Shown piece by piece: positions 28,496-43,600 of a stretch of 64,000 nt of DNA. Position numbers and translations under genes: made by a program. Position 1 is the stretch's first letter; the number at the start of each line of letters is the position of its first letter. The notes beneath the pieces were generated by a model. The model was given only the letters and a program-made list of their open reading frames with translations, made no database searches and had not been told where the DNA came from. This DNA comes from the human T2T-CHM13v2.0 reference genome, Homo sapiens: the NCBI RefSeq assembly GCF_009914755.1, contig NC_060925.1; one strand, given 5' to 3'.

Positions 28496-30439
28496 ATTCA
28501 ATCTAAAGGGTTATGGAAATACCTTTTAAAAGTACTAAAAATTCACAGGTGCAGACCTCTTCTTTAAACTGTGGCAGCCCCAAGGATGTCACATGTATTT
28601 CCCACTTTGCTTTGCCCCCATCCTCATTGATGGACATATGCTCCATATTGGCCTTGGTGCCTGCAGCTTGTGATTCATGCTGAAAGCACATCTGAAACCC
28701 TCATCTTTATAGCTCTTTTCTGAGAAAATTACCCAATCTGGCAATCTGTCTGGCCCCAAGGATACTTGACAGATCAAATTGAACCAGGCCAGATGGAAGC
28801 GGGAAATGAACTCCACCATCAAATTGTCCAATGCCTGAAAAATGTTGGCTTTGAAACAATGCAGGTCTTCTCATGCATTTCCTAGAATCAGAGGAAGGTG
28901 TTCTCTGCTGCGTCAAGGCAGTGAGGCCTCTGTGTTCCTGACTGAGGCCCCCAAGTGAGCTCCGTGTCCACAGCAGAGCTCCCTGCCAGGTGGAGTGTCA
29001 CAGCTGTGGAATCAGAGAAGTTGTGCAAGAGGAGAAGGAAGTTTTCCAACTCAGCAAAAGAACAAGTCTTGGAGACCAAGCTCAGGGAGAGTGGGAATCG
29101 AAAACAAGGCCAAGAATTATGAAATAATGTACACGTGGCAAAAACTAAGGCTCTTTAGTAACTGCAAGATCTAGAGGGAAGTGAATGAGCAGAAAGTTGG
29201 GAGGAAGAATGAGAGTGGTCAGGAACACACAAGGAATTGCAGTGCTTTCTTACAACCTGGCATTTGTTGCGAAGTTTTCTACAGAGTTAAATTGTATGTT
29301 AATGTATTCACCAATCATTTATGCAGCTTTTGTGCTTAGCATAACTCTCTGGATCTGCACTGCTACCCTAGGTTCTATTATTATTCCCATTTTAGAAATG
29401 AGAAAATTAAACTTCAAAGAGGCCCTCAAGTGGTCAGGTCAGGCTTTATGCCCAGGACCTGTGTTATCCAAAGCCCCTGTTCTGGATTTGAGCCTGCCCT
29501 GAATTATCTTATAAGCTGAGCAATCCTGAGCAGTCTCTTTCCTCACATGCAAAATGAGAGTGTTATAACCAATGAGATAATTGATATTAAATGATTTCAA
29601 CTATAAAGCACTATGCAAATTTGAGTTGCATGTATTTGTTTATTTGCTTGCTTGCTTGTTTATACACTATTTTATTTCACAATGAGGCCTGAGTGAGACC
29701 ACACACGGTAAAATAACACTGTATGATAATTTGAATATTCATGCAAATAGAAGTACAGAGCAGATACGATTTTCTGCCTCACAAATCTTCATGCAGAGTC
29801 TATGCACACAAACAAACATAATGACTCCAACATGCAATGCAGAATAAAACATGCTGCATGGCCTCAAGAATCTCAGATTCTACAAGAGGAAAACAGAGCA
29901 ATAAACAGGCCTTTTTAATAGTACATTCAGCGCTGTTGAAAAGAAAAACACAGCAACTTGCAACTTTGGGGACTGTGACAGGACATCTAACCCAAGAAAG
30001 CACCCCTGGGATTTCTGAGCTGTTTCCTGAAAAATGGACTGGGTTACAAGGCTAAGCCTGGACGTGAAAGAGGAGCAGCGTATTCACACCCAGGGCAAGA
30101 GGGTGTGCTGGCTGGCAGGGCTGTGGAACTGAAAATAATTGGCCTGACTGAAACTTAAGTTATAGAGGCAGGTAGGATATATATGATAAAGTTACCTGAC
30201 CTGAAATAATCCCTGGCTCTGCTCACAGATGTCCCCATTCCAGAACACACTGAAACATAGTGGGGTCTTCCAGAGCCTGATGCCTCACTCAGATCTAGTC
30301 ACTTTTCTAGTTGCTCCTATGTGTACATCAACCTTAGCAACCTCTTACCTACACCACATCTCATTTCTCTTATAAGCAAAGACAAGATACCTAAGGTTTA
30401 ATTAGGCTATGCCCATTTCTCTTGTTTCTTGGGAAGCTT

Positions 30440-30695
30440 AATGCCTAATGGTTCAGGTGTTAGGTTCTGGAGTCAAACTATCCCATCATCAAAGTCTGAC
30501 CTTGGCAATTACTTGCTGCATAACATTGGGCAAATCACTTATTGTTTCATGCCTCAGTTTCCTCATCTGTAAAAATGGGACAATAATATCACCTACCACT
30601 TAAGGTTTGTGTGAAAATTAAATGGAAAAATGCATGTAAGGGACTTAGAACAATGCCTCACACATAGCAATTACTCAATAAGTGTTATTACTTCA
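30440..30695 (+). mobile_element. Near full-length MIR
   Basis: 'gcctcagtttcctcatctgtaaaaatggga...cttagaacaatgcctcacacatagcaattactcaataagtgtt'. Confidence 0.9.
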
Positions 30696-30949
30696 CAAAT
30701 TAACTTCTATAATACCGGACACTTTATTTCTTATTTCAATTATATCCTATGACTGGGTTCATTAGCATAAAGAGTGAGAATGAGAGAAAATATACATAAG
30801 AATCATTGATTAACGTGGGGAAAGAACACAGAGCCCAAAAGCCCAGACCATAAAGTCTCACTTGCTGCGATGGTACAGTTTCAAGTGTGACTTCCAGTTT
30901 CCTGGCAGCCAAAGCACAAAGGAGAGCCAATCCATAATTATTTCCCCAG

Positions 30950-31206
30950 GATAATTCTAAAAGAATTTCTTCCATGGGCTTCACACAGGAGGCACTGTGT
31001 GATATAGTCAACAATATTCACAATGGTGTCCCAATGAGGGACAGAGGCCATGAAGACACAACGCAGCTTGATTCTGCACAGTTCACTGATCTTCGGATGG
31101 CTCCGTTCGATTCCAAAAGGGAACCTCAAGCATCCAGAGGGGCGAATGGACTGTTTACCTTCCAAGATCCTTTGGAAAGACCACATCCCTCAGCCAGTAC
31201 TGTGAG
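30950..31206 (+). other. Candidate plus-strand exon (257 nt, one frame fully open)
   Basis: 'tttccccag|' acceptor and 'GAG|gtaagg' donor; frame 0 open throughout; peptide not recognised. Confidence 0.25.
31159..31199 (-). other. Candidate 41-nt minus-strand exon
   Basis: Acceptor 'tttctctccacctatccttacctcacag|', donor 'AAG|gtaaac'. Confidence 0.35.
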
Positions 31207-31380
31207 GTAAGGATAGGTGGAGAGAAATGAAAACCCTGCTCCCCAGTGTGAGCCTGGAGTGGATGAGGTCTTGAGTGATGGTTAAGGGTTTTAAAGTAAA
31301 TATTTTTACCAATGTTGCTCCAGCAGTAGTGTATGACCAAAATGAAATGGGGAAAGCAGTTAGGAAAGGGTTGTACTTAC

Positions 31381-31581
31381 CTAGGTAAGGGATGCGGACC
31401 GAAACCAGGCTGTGTCTATGGAGACAGTTGCCAGGAGATGGAACTGCCTCATGCAACCTGCTTCATGGCTACAGTTTGAAAAGGTCTCCACTGGGTTCAC
31501 ACTTGGAAACAGCTGGCAGAGACAGTGAATGAACGGGCTCAGAGAAGAGGATTCAGTCAGCAGGAGACTGCGTTAGAGCCT
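31381..31581 (-). other. Candidate minus-strand exon upstream of a 181-nt intron
   Basis: Consensus donor 'TAG|gtaagt' at 31381/31380; 5' boundary uncertain (acceptors 'ttaattccag' or 'ctctgccag'). Confidence 0.35.
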
Positions 31582-32479
31582 CTGGAATTAAGACAGCCAG
31601 CACCTGTTTTGCCTCTCATTTGCTTGGTGAGCTGCCCACATCACATGTTCTCCCACAGCAGCAGGTGATGTGCCTGTGCAAGGATCACAGCGCCACTTTG
31701 AGCCTCTACTCCCTGCTAGCCCCAGTTTTATGCACTGTTCTTAACATTTTTTCATTTGATGCCCAAGTAGCCCTAGTCATTTGATATTATTATCCATATT
31801 TAAGGATGAGAAAAACCGAGGATCAGAGGAGCAAACGGGGTTACCCAAGATAAGTGTCAATTATCATTGTCAGAAATATTTATGACTTCATGTTTTTATG
31901 TTGCCCAAACAAACCCTCCAATATGTTTTTAGGTCAATCAGCAGTTACTGACACAAAATTGTTCTTGCCCTCTTGATGGCTGAAGTCCCCTGAAACCATT
32001 GTCCTGCATGCAAGCACCAGAGGCCTTAGCCTGACTGAATTTCCATAAACAGAAATAAGACAGAAAAGGTGGCAAGCTGTGAGTAACACCAGGGCTTCAC
32101 CACCTCGCATACTCCTTTTCCGCTGGTCTTTAGCTGGCCTTCTAAAAATAATCCCAAACAGTGGAAAATAATGTAGTAATTGTCTTGCCAGCACCCATGA
32201 CGGGCAACTCCACAATGACCCACTGTCAAGTCCTAAGAAAAAGCAGGCTGAGACCACCGGCAGTGTGGGTCCCTCACAGAATTCTCATTCCCAGAGGAAA
32301 ATGTCCATCACTTTCAGCCCTCAAAAAACCGGCTACTGTCCCAAGTCTTGAAGTCCTCTAGAGCAACAGCACCTGTTGGCTGTTTTCCTGTGAAATACGA
32401 AGACAGGAATAGGGCTGGAATGGGCTGTTAATTCATTTAACACTTAGGTGCTGAGCCCCAGCTCAGCAAATATCCTGAG

Positions 32480-32920
32480 CAGCACAGTGGTAGAAGGAGC
32501 AAGGACATCAGAATTAGGCTAAACCTGCGTTCAAATCCCATCTCTGCTATCTAGTGCCTCTATGACCTTGAGTGAGTCATCTACCCTCTTTGAACCTCAT
32601 ATCTGTATCAAAAAGTAAAAATAGCAATGCTGAAAGGATGGGGCTGATCAAGGAATATCTCCTGTTGGAGTAAGGCAAACCGAGGGTCAGTATGCAGAGG
32701 CAGAAAGAGGCAGTGCTTACAATTAAACTGACTAGGGTTCAAGTCTCAGTTTCACTACCTGTGAGCTCCAGGCCTTGAGATTTTACTTAACACATCTGAC
32801 CCTCCATTTCCCCACTACAAAATGGGTTAAGAATGCCTGCCTTCCAGGGTTGTTATGCCGGTGAAAAGACACTTTTGCAAAGCACCTGAAACACAGCAAG
32901 TGCTCAAAAAGTAGTGATTC
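32480..32920 (+). mobile_element. Two MIR copies
   Basis: 'cctgcgttcaaatcccatctctgc' and 'agggttcaagtctcagtttcactacc...aaaatgggttaagaatgcctgcc'. Confidence 0.75.
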
Positions 32921-33193
32921 TTATGGTTTACCAGATGCCATGCTAGGCACTGGGAATGCAAAGATGAACACCCAGTGATGCACTGTACCATCAGAGCGAA
33001 CTAGTTAAGTCACATCTCTGCCTTTCTATTTCCTTATTCATAATGTAGGGTAACACTCCCTTCCCTGCCTTACCAACGATAAAAGTAATAACAATACAAC
33101 AATAGCAATCATAATACCTAACACTTATTGAGTAATTACAGTGTGCCCAGGCATGTTACCAAGTGTATTACATGCATTATTTCATTTAATCTT

Positions 33194-33789
33194 TATGGCA
33201 GGCAGAATAATGACCCCCAAAGATGTTCATATCTTGATCCTTAGAACCTGTAAATATTACTTTACACGGCAAAAGAGACTTTGCAGATGTGATTAAGTTA
33301 AAGATTTTGAGGTGGGGGGTTATCTGGATGGGCTTAATCTGATCACACAAGACCTTGAAAGTAGAGAACTTTCCTCTAATTGGAAGTAGGAGAGAAGAGG
33401 CAGAGGGGGAAGTCAGAGAGAGTCGAAGTGTGGGAAGGACTTGACATGTTGCTGGCTTTAAAGATGGAGGAAGAGGCCACAAGCCAAGGAATGCAAGTGG
33501 CCCCTAGAGGCTGAGAATAACTCCTGGCCAACAGTCAGAAAGGAAACAGCAGCTTCAGCCCTATACCCACAAGGAACTAAATTCTGTCAACAACTTAAAT
33601 GAGCCTGGAGGTAGATTCATCCCCAGAGCTTCCAAAATGGAGCACAGGACTACTGACACCTCAATTTTAGCCTTGTAAAGCCCAGGGCAGAGACACTGCT
33701 AAGCCACAGAGCTATGAGATAATACATGGGTGTTATTTTTAAGGTACTAAGTCTGTGTTATTTGTTAGAGCAGCAGTAGAACATAGAAA
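33194..33789 (+). mobile_element. MaLR solo LTR (MLT1D/E-like) inserted in a minus-strand MIR
   Basis: 'tggcaggcagaataatgacccccaaagatg...gactttgcagatgtgattaagttaaag...gttatttgttagagcagcagtagaa'. Confidence 0.88.
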
Positions 33790-34062
33790 ATCCTCGACAC
33801 AGCCCTGTGAACAAAGAATCATTAGAATTCCCATTTTACTGAAAAACTAAGACAAAGAATGGTTAAATTCACCATGACCTTACAGCTAGTAACTGGGAGA
33901 GCTTCTTGATCCATTCTGACTCAAGAGCCTTTGTTCCAGAAGACAGTCGATGGAGGCTCATAGGAAGTGTTCAATAAATATTTGTGAAATAAATGGGTGA
34001 ATAGATGGATGGATGGAGAAATACTGGGAAAGAAGATGTTAAGGACATAGAAAGAATTTTCA

Positions 34063-34363
34063 GGCTAGGCATGGTGGGTGATGCCTGTAATTCCAGCACT
34101 TTGGAAAGCCGAGGCAGGAAGATCACTTGGGACCAGGAGTTCAAGACCAGAATGCACAATATAGTGAGACCCTGTCTCTACAAAAAACTTTAAAAATTAG
34201 CCAGGTATGGTGGTGTGCACCTGTAGTCCCAGTGAGTCAAGGAGGCTAAGGTGGAAGAATCACTTGAGCCCAGGAGATTGAGGCTGCAGTGAGCCATGAT
34301 TGAGCCACTGCACTCCAGCCTGCGTGATAGAGTGAGACCCTGTCTCCACCTTCTCTCCAAGAA
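34063..34363 (+). mobile_element. AluJ-type element
   Basis: Full dimer; TSD 'agaaagaatt(t/g)tca'. Confidence 0.93.
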
Positions 34364-35199
34364 AGAAAGAATTGTCACTTTTGTTTCATTAAACAGAATC
34401 CCCATCTGCCATTTCAAGAATAACCTGAGAAATAAGAGGCAATTTGAGCAAAAAGCACTGGACTAGAAGTCAGGCAGCCTGTGCTCTGTTTCTGCTTTTA
34501 CAATTCACTTTCTCTGTGACTTAGACCAATATCTGTACCACTCTGATCCTGTTTTCTCATCTGTAAACTAGAAAGTATAAACCTGGTACAAGCTCCTTCT
34601 CATGGGTGCCATAAGGTTCACATGGGACACAGAGATGGAAAAGGAGTAACAGTGCTGTACAACCCATCACTCTACTTGGTCATTCAGCGTCTTCTGAGTG
34701 CTTTCCCTTGCCAGGCAGTGAGAGAGGTGCTGGGGATACAGCAATGGGTGAAGCAGGGAGCTTGTCATGGCAACAGATGCAGAAACACGTCACTAAGGAA
34801 TACATGCTGGACAAGGAAGACAATTCTGAACCAAGGTGATGGATGAAAGAAGGAAGTGTGCTAAAGTCTAATCTACATGGTGCTTCGTGTGCATTTCCTA
34901 GGTAGCTGTGGCAGTTTAAAGCCTCAGGAACTAGATGAGGTGTTCAAGGTCCTATTCAGTCAGGAGAGTAGTATGACCAACCCTTCACAAGGTATGTATG
35001 TTGCTGGGGTGGGTAGGTAGATGGGATCCAGAAGGACCTTCCAGTAAAAGTTACATTTGAGCCACCTTCTAAAAGAGAGATAGGAGTTGGCCAAATGTAT
35101 GTGGGAAGGGAGGATCTTTTAGCCAAAAGCAATAGCCTGTCAAAGTCATCTATGCCCTGTTCAGAAATCCACTGAGTTAATGGGTAACCATTAGGGATG

Positions 35200-35860
35200 G
35201 TCATGAATACACCTCATCTCCTCTCCTTTCAAGCACATGTTAAGACAGCACTATCCGGCTGTTTTAAAGTTAGGTAGAGCCTGGGACTGGCTTTGGCTGA
35301 TGAAATGTGAATAGAAGTGACAGCTGTCATTTACGCAAGGAAGGCTTTTAGAGTCAGTACCCACCCAGTATGTGACTAGAGATACTAGCACTGTCCATTG
35401 GAAATATAATGTAATCCATACATTTAATTTGAAATTTTCCAGTAGCCATATTAAAATAAAAGGTAAAGAGAAATAGGTGAAATTAATTTTAATAATATAG
35501 AAAATATATTAACTCAATATATTCAAAGTATTTTAATATGTAATCAATATATAAATTATCAATGAGCTTTTTTTTGTACTGAGTCGTTGTGAGATGCTGT
35601 GTGTAATTTACACTTACAGAGCATCTTAGTTTGGACTAGCCCCATTTCAAGTGCTCAGTTGCCATATGTATCTGGGAGCTACTGTGTTGGACAGCACAAG
35701 AATAGCAGGTAGAGATCCTGCTACCTTGGGCACATGAATGAAAGACACATGGAGCAGGGACCCCAGCCAACACCCAGTGAACATGTAGCATAAGCAAGAC
35801 ATAATCCACTGAACTTATGTTTGTTATTGCAGCTTAACTCCTCCCAACCTGCACACACCT
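35200..35860 (+). mobile_element. Old MLT1-type LTR interrupted by MER33
   Basis: 'gactggctttggctgatgaaatgtgaatagaagtgac' and 'ttgttattgcagcttaac'. Confidence 0.6.
35387..35697 (+). mobile_element. MER33 (hAT-Charlie), essentially full length
   Basis: 'gcactgtccattggaaatataatg...catttcaagtgctcagttgcc...ttggacagcac' with inverted ends. Confidence 0.85.
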
Positions 35861-36879
35861 GATGTTTCTAAAATATAAAGCAAACCAAGGGAGCCTGCAG
35901 AGTGAAGCAGGAGTCAGTGCTAGCCTTTTATGAGACACTCAAGCATTTGGATTTTATCCTGAAGGAATGGTAATGGATTTTATGACATGATCAGATTTTG
36001 AGGGGCCATACTGGAAGCAGAGAAAATAAACAGGGGACTGGTCTAGGCAATAAGGCTGAGTACAAAGATGGAGGAAAGCTCAAGTAGAAAGGCTGACATG
36101 CACTTCCCCATCAACCTGCATAAGAAGGGGACTTTTGTGATCAGTGTGAGGGGACCATCAGCATGGCCTCCTACAATCTGCGGTGGCTTCAGTTTCATTT
36201 GTAGCTGTTGGCTACAAGGAATTATTCCACAGGTCCACCATGGTAGATAGCATGGCTCTCATGAAGTATTCTGAATCCATTTTCAAGGTCATTTTCCTCT
36301 TATTTTTTTTCCAGCCCAGGCCAGACTTCAAAACCTGCAGATTTTCAAGCATCCCAGATGGGGTGGAGATTTTTTCCTCCTATAATTTTTCCCCACAAAT
36401 GATGTGGCTAAAGAAGAGACAAAGAATAAAAGCCAGTGATTGTTGGAATAATTCTGTACCATCTACAGAAAGGGGATCAGAGACAGGGGTGGATAGGGAA
36501 GACTGTGCAGATAGATTGGTATTTATTTGAAGTCATGATATCAAAATATATTCCATGGATCTTGATCTATTGTATTTTGACAATTCCAATTGTTTATCTT
36601 TGTATGTGGGGTAGAAGTGAGTGTGGGGACAACTCAAGACTGCTACAGGATGTTACCATGAAGAACTCCATAGGAAACATTTTGGTGAAATGAGAGTAAT
36701 AATCACAAGAAAAGCTCGTTTAAAAACTACTTTGAGCCTCTTTTCTAAGATTTGTGTATTAGAATGCTTTCTGTCACAGTGATTTTCATATCATTTAATC
36801 AGGCTTGATTGTGAGCAAGTCATAGTAATATGGGGACAAAACCCTTGTACAGGCTCATGGGTATCATAAATCATTTGTT

Positions 36880-37230
36880 AACTGCTATGTAATGATGCAG
36901 ACCTCTGAATGGGGCTGAGTTCTACCACTTAATTTCTGTGTGATCTTGGGCAAACCTGATAACTTTCTGAGCCTTGGTTTCTTCATCTGTAAGTTGAGGG
37001 CAATAATCCCTATCCTCTGGGGTGGTTGTAAGGATTGAGTGGGAAAACTGTCATGTTATTACATCTGAGTAAAGAAGTACATGGATTCGGAGCCAATAGA
37101 CTTAGGATAAAAATCCTGTTCTGGCACATGCTGATCACGTGACCTTGAACAACTCACACTCATGATTTGTCTATATTCTATAAAATGGGATGACGGCACT
37201 TCCCCCAATTAAACAACATGGTATATTTGG
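36880..37230 (+). mobile_element. Two MIR copies
   Basis: 'ctgtgtgatcttgggcaaac...gccttggtttcttcatctgtaag' and 'ctataaaatgggatgacg'. Confidence 0.75.
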
Positions 37231-38929
37231 CATTTAATTTAGACTTTGCCCTCTAAAAGTGGTCTGAGTTAGGGATCAAAGTGCTGCTAATTCATTTTGT
37301 AGGTTCAAGCCAGGCAAGGCCAGTGTGAGAAAGAAAGCAGAAGTGAGGGGGAAATGTTTGGATGAACGTGAGGTGTGCATGAATGTGATGCAGCTCTTCA
37401 CGATCAGCTGCAAAGAGATGCTCATTCTACAAAGGTTTGTTCAGTTCTTCAGCAGATATGAATTTCCAGAAGGTTTTCAAGCAGACACCACAACTCAGAG
37501 CACTCCGCAGAAGGGATAAAGGAAAGAAATGCATCTGCCTTGCTCATCCTGGTCTCTTTTTTCCCATTGGTCAAGTTCACCCGGTAGGGAGCTAACTCCC
37601 CACATATCTGGGTTGTGTCACTTAGCCCCTAGACCTGATCAGGGAGCATTTCATCTCTCTCAATGGAGAGGTGCCTCCATGTGGCTCAGCCCAGCTTGTG
37701 GGCCATCTGGGCAAGGCAGGCCTGGGATTCGTGACCTAAGATGGCTCAGAGAGCTCTGCCAACATGGCTGGACCCAAATGCTCCAGCTCCTTCATACTGT
37801 GTTCTATCCTGGTGCTAAGGAGGAGACAGCATCCATAGCATAGTCCAAGAGAGATTCCAATGTTAAGAAGTACTTTGGAAGCTTAAATGTGTCTCTTGCA
37901 TCTTACAAATGAGGAATTGAAGGCCCACGGTGGGAAACGGACCTCCCTGAATCACCCAGTTGCCATTGGAAAAGTCCCTTAGATCTGTGCTCCTTAAACT
38001 CTAATGTGTTCCTCAATCTCCCACAATCTTGCTAAAATGGAGATTCTGATCCAGTTGGCCTGAGATGAAACAGAGATAGTGCAGCAAGGCTTTAAACTGC
38101 CATAGCCACTGGGAAATCCACACTAAACATCATGTAAATGAGACTCCAGCACACTTCTCTCTTTCATCCACCACCATAGTTCAGAATTGTTCTTGTCCAA
38201 CACTTGTCCCTGATTCTATCCTGCTACTACTACTGACTTATTATTTTCTCTTTGCATTCTTTGCCTTAACAGGTTGCCTTAATGCTTCATTCTTCTTTTT
38301 GGCTAATATATTTCTTGGCTACCCTGGACAGTCTCAGTATCACTTAAGCTATGCTGCTTCAAGTTTTAAGTAAATACCCTTGCTCCACAACTTGGGCCCA
38401 GAATCTTCTAACCTCAAAGCACTCCTGTGGTCAGAGCCTCTGATGTGCTTCCCCCAACTTCTCATATGTGAAAACTAAAATGATGAGGGCCCAAGTCTTC
38501 TATGCACTTCCCCTAAACCACCCAGACTCAATTCTAAGAGTTAATGAAATCAAAGGAGATTGGTACAGTAGTGGAATAGTAGTTGGGCTTGTTCTTAAAA
38601 AACAAAGTTTATATTTAGTACACTTGTTTCCTAAAAATACAACAAAAATAAACCTTCTTTCCAGTTTAGCCTACATATAAATCAGATTGTCTTCAGTTAC
38701 TGGTTTACTGAATAAATGATTACAAGTAGATCTGAAAGTATTTATTAAATTTCTACAATCTTCAATAGCAAAGCATAGAGAACAAAATGGATTAGATTTA
38801 GTCAGTACTGAAGGAGAAAGAAGTGGTAGGTGTGGACTGAAGAGTCTTGGATATTAGATTTCTCAACCTCTTTTTCTATGACCTAGAGCAGATGGCTTCA
38901 TACAGGCACTGTTTCTTCATGGTTGAGAG

Positions 38930-39170
38930 TAGAAGCTCTACAGCCTGATTAGTCTATCCAAAGTCCAGCTCTACCACTTACCATTTGTGTAAACTTGAGC
39001 AACGTATTATACCTCTTGGTTCATTGGTTTCCCCAATTCTAACATGGGAATAATTACAGTACCCATCTCCAGGGATTGGTGTGAGGATTAAATGACTTAA
39101 CAACTTAAACATGGGCCAGTTAAAATTTTCCCATCGCTTAATACGCACCTGAGAAATATTAGCAAGCATT
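38930..39170 (+). mobile_element. MIR
   Basis: 'cagctctaccacttaccatttgtgt...gtgaggattaaatgacttaac'. Confidence 0.75.
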
Positions 39171-39174
39171 ATGC

Positions 39175-41165
<1,991 letters not shown>

Positions 41166-41464
41166 AACCTTGAATCTGACTTAATGTATATTTTATTTAA
41201 AATAATTAATGAACTTTGATGTTTTTAATCAATAGCAGCAAAGTTCCTGTTCCATCACTCACCATCATGTCTTGACATAGTGCTTATTAATCTAATGAGT
41301 GTGCTTCACCCCTACACTTATCAGTTTGGATAAAATGAGTGTGTTCATCTGTCACCAACAAGACTGCGGCTTGGGAGCCAGAACTAACTGTGTCTCATTC
41401 AACTTTGAACCCCAAGCACTGGTACTCACAGTACTCAGAGTAGATGCACATAATAGGTGAATAT

Positions 41465-41630
41465 TAATAAGAAGCAACCAGAGATTAATACGCTGATACT
41501 TGGGCATTAAATCCAGAAATTCTGATGCAGAAAGTCTGTGTGGGGTCTGGGGAATCATCATTTTGAGTAAACTTTCCAGTGATTCTGATGTGTGTATGTG
41601 TTGGAGTCCACACCTTGAGAAACACTTGTT
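41465..41630. mobile_element. MER5A-type fossil
   Basis: 'ccagaaattctgatgcagaaagtctg...ccagtgattctgatgtg...ccacaccttgagaaacact'. Confidence 0.75.
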
Positions 41631-42329
41631 TAGCTGGACTACATGAAACTAACATGTGGGAGAGTTTCATAGGGAAACTAGAGAATAAGTAAAGTTAATA
41701 AACAAATGGATGGCAGGTATGCAGTTCCACGCATCAGTTTCAGTGGCTCTGGTTTCTGAGGTTAAATAATGAGAAGGGCTGATTAGTAAATGACAAAGAA
41801 AGCAGAGCAGCTCGAAATGCAGCATTTGATTTCAATTTTATTTTTATTTAAATGAAAACTGCTGCAAGAGTCAAAGGCAAAGCTTCTGGATTGCAGACGG
41901 TGCAACCATGGATAAATATAAATCCTAGCTTTCCAGGCGGCTTTGTGAGTGGGATAAGGAGCACACGGCACTAACTAAAACGATTATACAAGGCATGTGC
42001 TTGCAATAAGACTTAAACGCATATGGGCTTCTTCAGAATCCACTTTATAAAATCTCTCATTCTTTCCCATCAGCCCCACTGGAATCTGTTTGAGTCTTTC
42101 AGATCATTGGTTGGGGCAATATTGTTTCCATACAATTCCTCATCATATGCCAATACATTGTTATTGAGTGGTTACCTTGTGAGCTGAGAATTGCCCACAA
42201 CTAGAGGAGTTCAAGTAGAGGACAAGGAGAGGATTCTTTAATGACTATGCTTCCTAAGAGATCTTGCATTGGGTCTTGGAGAGAAAGGGCCCTAATTCCT
42301 GCTAGTTCTCTTCCTCAGTTTCCTCTAAG

Positions 42330-42665
42330 TCCTACCCTGCCTCTATGCTTGGCAAATGTTCTGCTTCTGCCTAAAATGTCCTTTCCCATGTCTCTGCCTG
42401 AGAATCCATTAAGCCAGAGCCCAAGAATCAGCTCTCGTAGGTTTCTCTGATGCCAAGCTAATGTAGAAGGCCCCTTCACTGTTCTCTTGTAAGCAGCTCC
42501 AGCTTACCTTCATCATAATATAATCAACTGTTTAGTTTTGTTATCCCTGCCTAAACTGTGAGGACCACATCATTATTCATTGCTGTTTCCCAAGTATCTT
42601 GCACAAAATCTGACATATTGTAGATACTCAACAAAGGCAATAAACTGAATGAATGGATGAATGCT
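42330..42665 (+). mobile_element. L2 3' fragment
   Basis: 'tagatactcaacaaag...ctgaatgaatggatgaatg'. Confidence 0.65.
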
Positions 42666-42699
42666 TAACTAGAAGATTAAAGTTATTCAACTAATCCAG

Positions 42700-43600
42700 T
42701 TCAAGTGAAATCTGTCCCTGAGTTGAGATATTAGAAACACTTTCAGGAATTTTTAAAATATTGAAGGGCTAGAGAAATGCCACAAGACAGGAGATGGAAA
42801 GTGTTTGTCTTCTAAAAGACAACTAAGGATGAATTTAAAAGACTATGGGCAGACTCACTGATTACTAGCAAAATTTAGGAGCATTTTAAAAATAAAGTCA
42901 TTTTGGGATATAAATGATTCAAATCACAGATGCTGCCAAACTCTCTCTCCTGCTCAAGCATTTGACAAATCTCGCATAACATTCACGTGAAAAAGATAGA
43001 AAAAATTAGCAGGAAGATAATGCCATTTAGACACATTTGTAGTTGATTAAATTTGTCAATGAATGATAGTATTAATGAATAAATTAAAATTATTCTGGAA
43101 CAAAAGCATCATCATCACTTCTTTGCCTTTTCTCTTTAACAACTGTACAAATTACTTGGTGAGGATTTACATGGTAAGTCTATATGATACATTTATTCAT
43201 TCAACAAACTACTGTTGAGAATTGTGTGCCTTGAGAAAGTCACTGCATAGTAAATAACTAATTATAACACAATACAATGAGATGGAGCTATAAACAGATT
43301 CTGAGATAGAATCTCCAGAGGCATGCCTACAAATCATTGTAAATAAGAACCCCGGGTAATCCTTGTCATCAGACATGATTTTGGAAACCATGATAGATGA
43401 CAAAATAAAGTTTAAAATATCTCCATCCAAAAAATGAATAAAACTAATGAAAATAAATTCAGAGCAAAAATGTAAAATATCTCCACTGGGAAGACAAATG
43501 GGTTAAAAACCTAAAAGAAGAAGTGTGATGATTAGTAATATTAAAATGTTGCAAAAATTAGGGTTTACCAATTATACAAGAAAATAATGTATGTGACCTA
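42700..43600 (+). mobile_element. Very old CR1/L3 LINE remnants
   Basis: 'aagcatttgacaaatctcgcataacattcacgtgaaaaagatagaaaaa' resembles the L3 RT AFD segment; highly degraded. Confidence 0.45.

Noticed and set aside
28503-29079. Stacked minus-strand ORFs with a possible acceptor near 28836
   Set aside because: No good donor and no recognisable peptide; too weak to call an exon.
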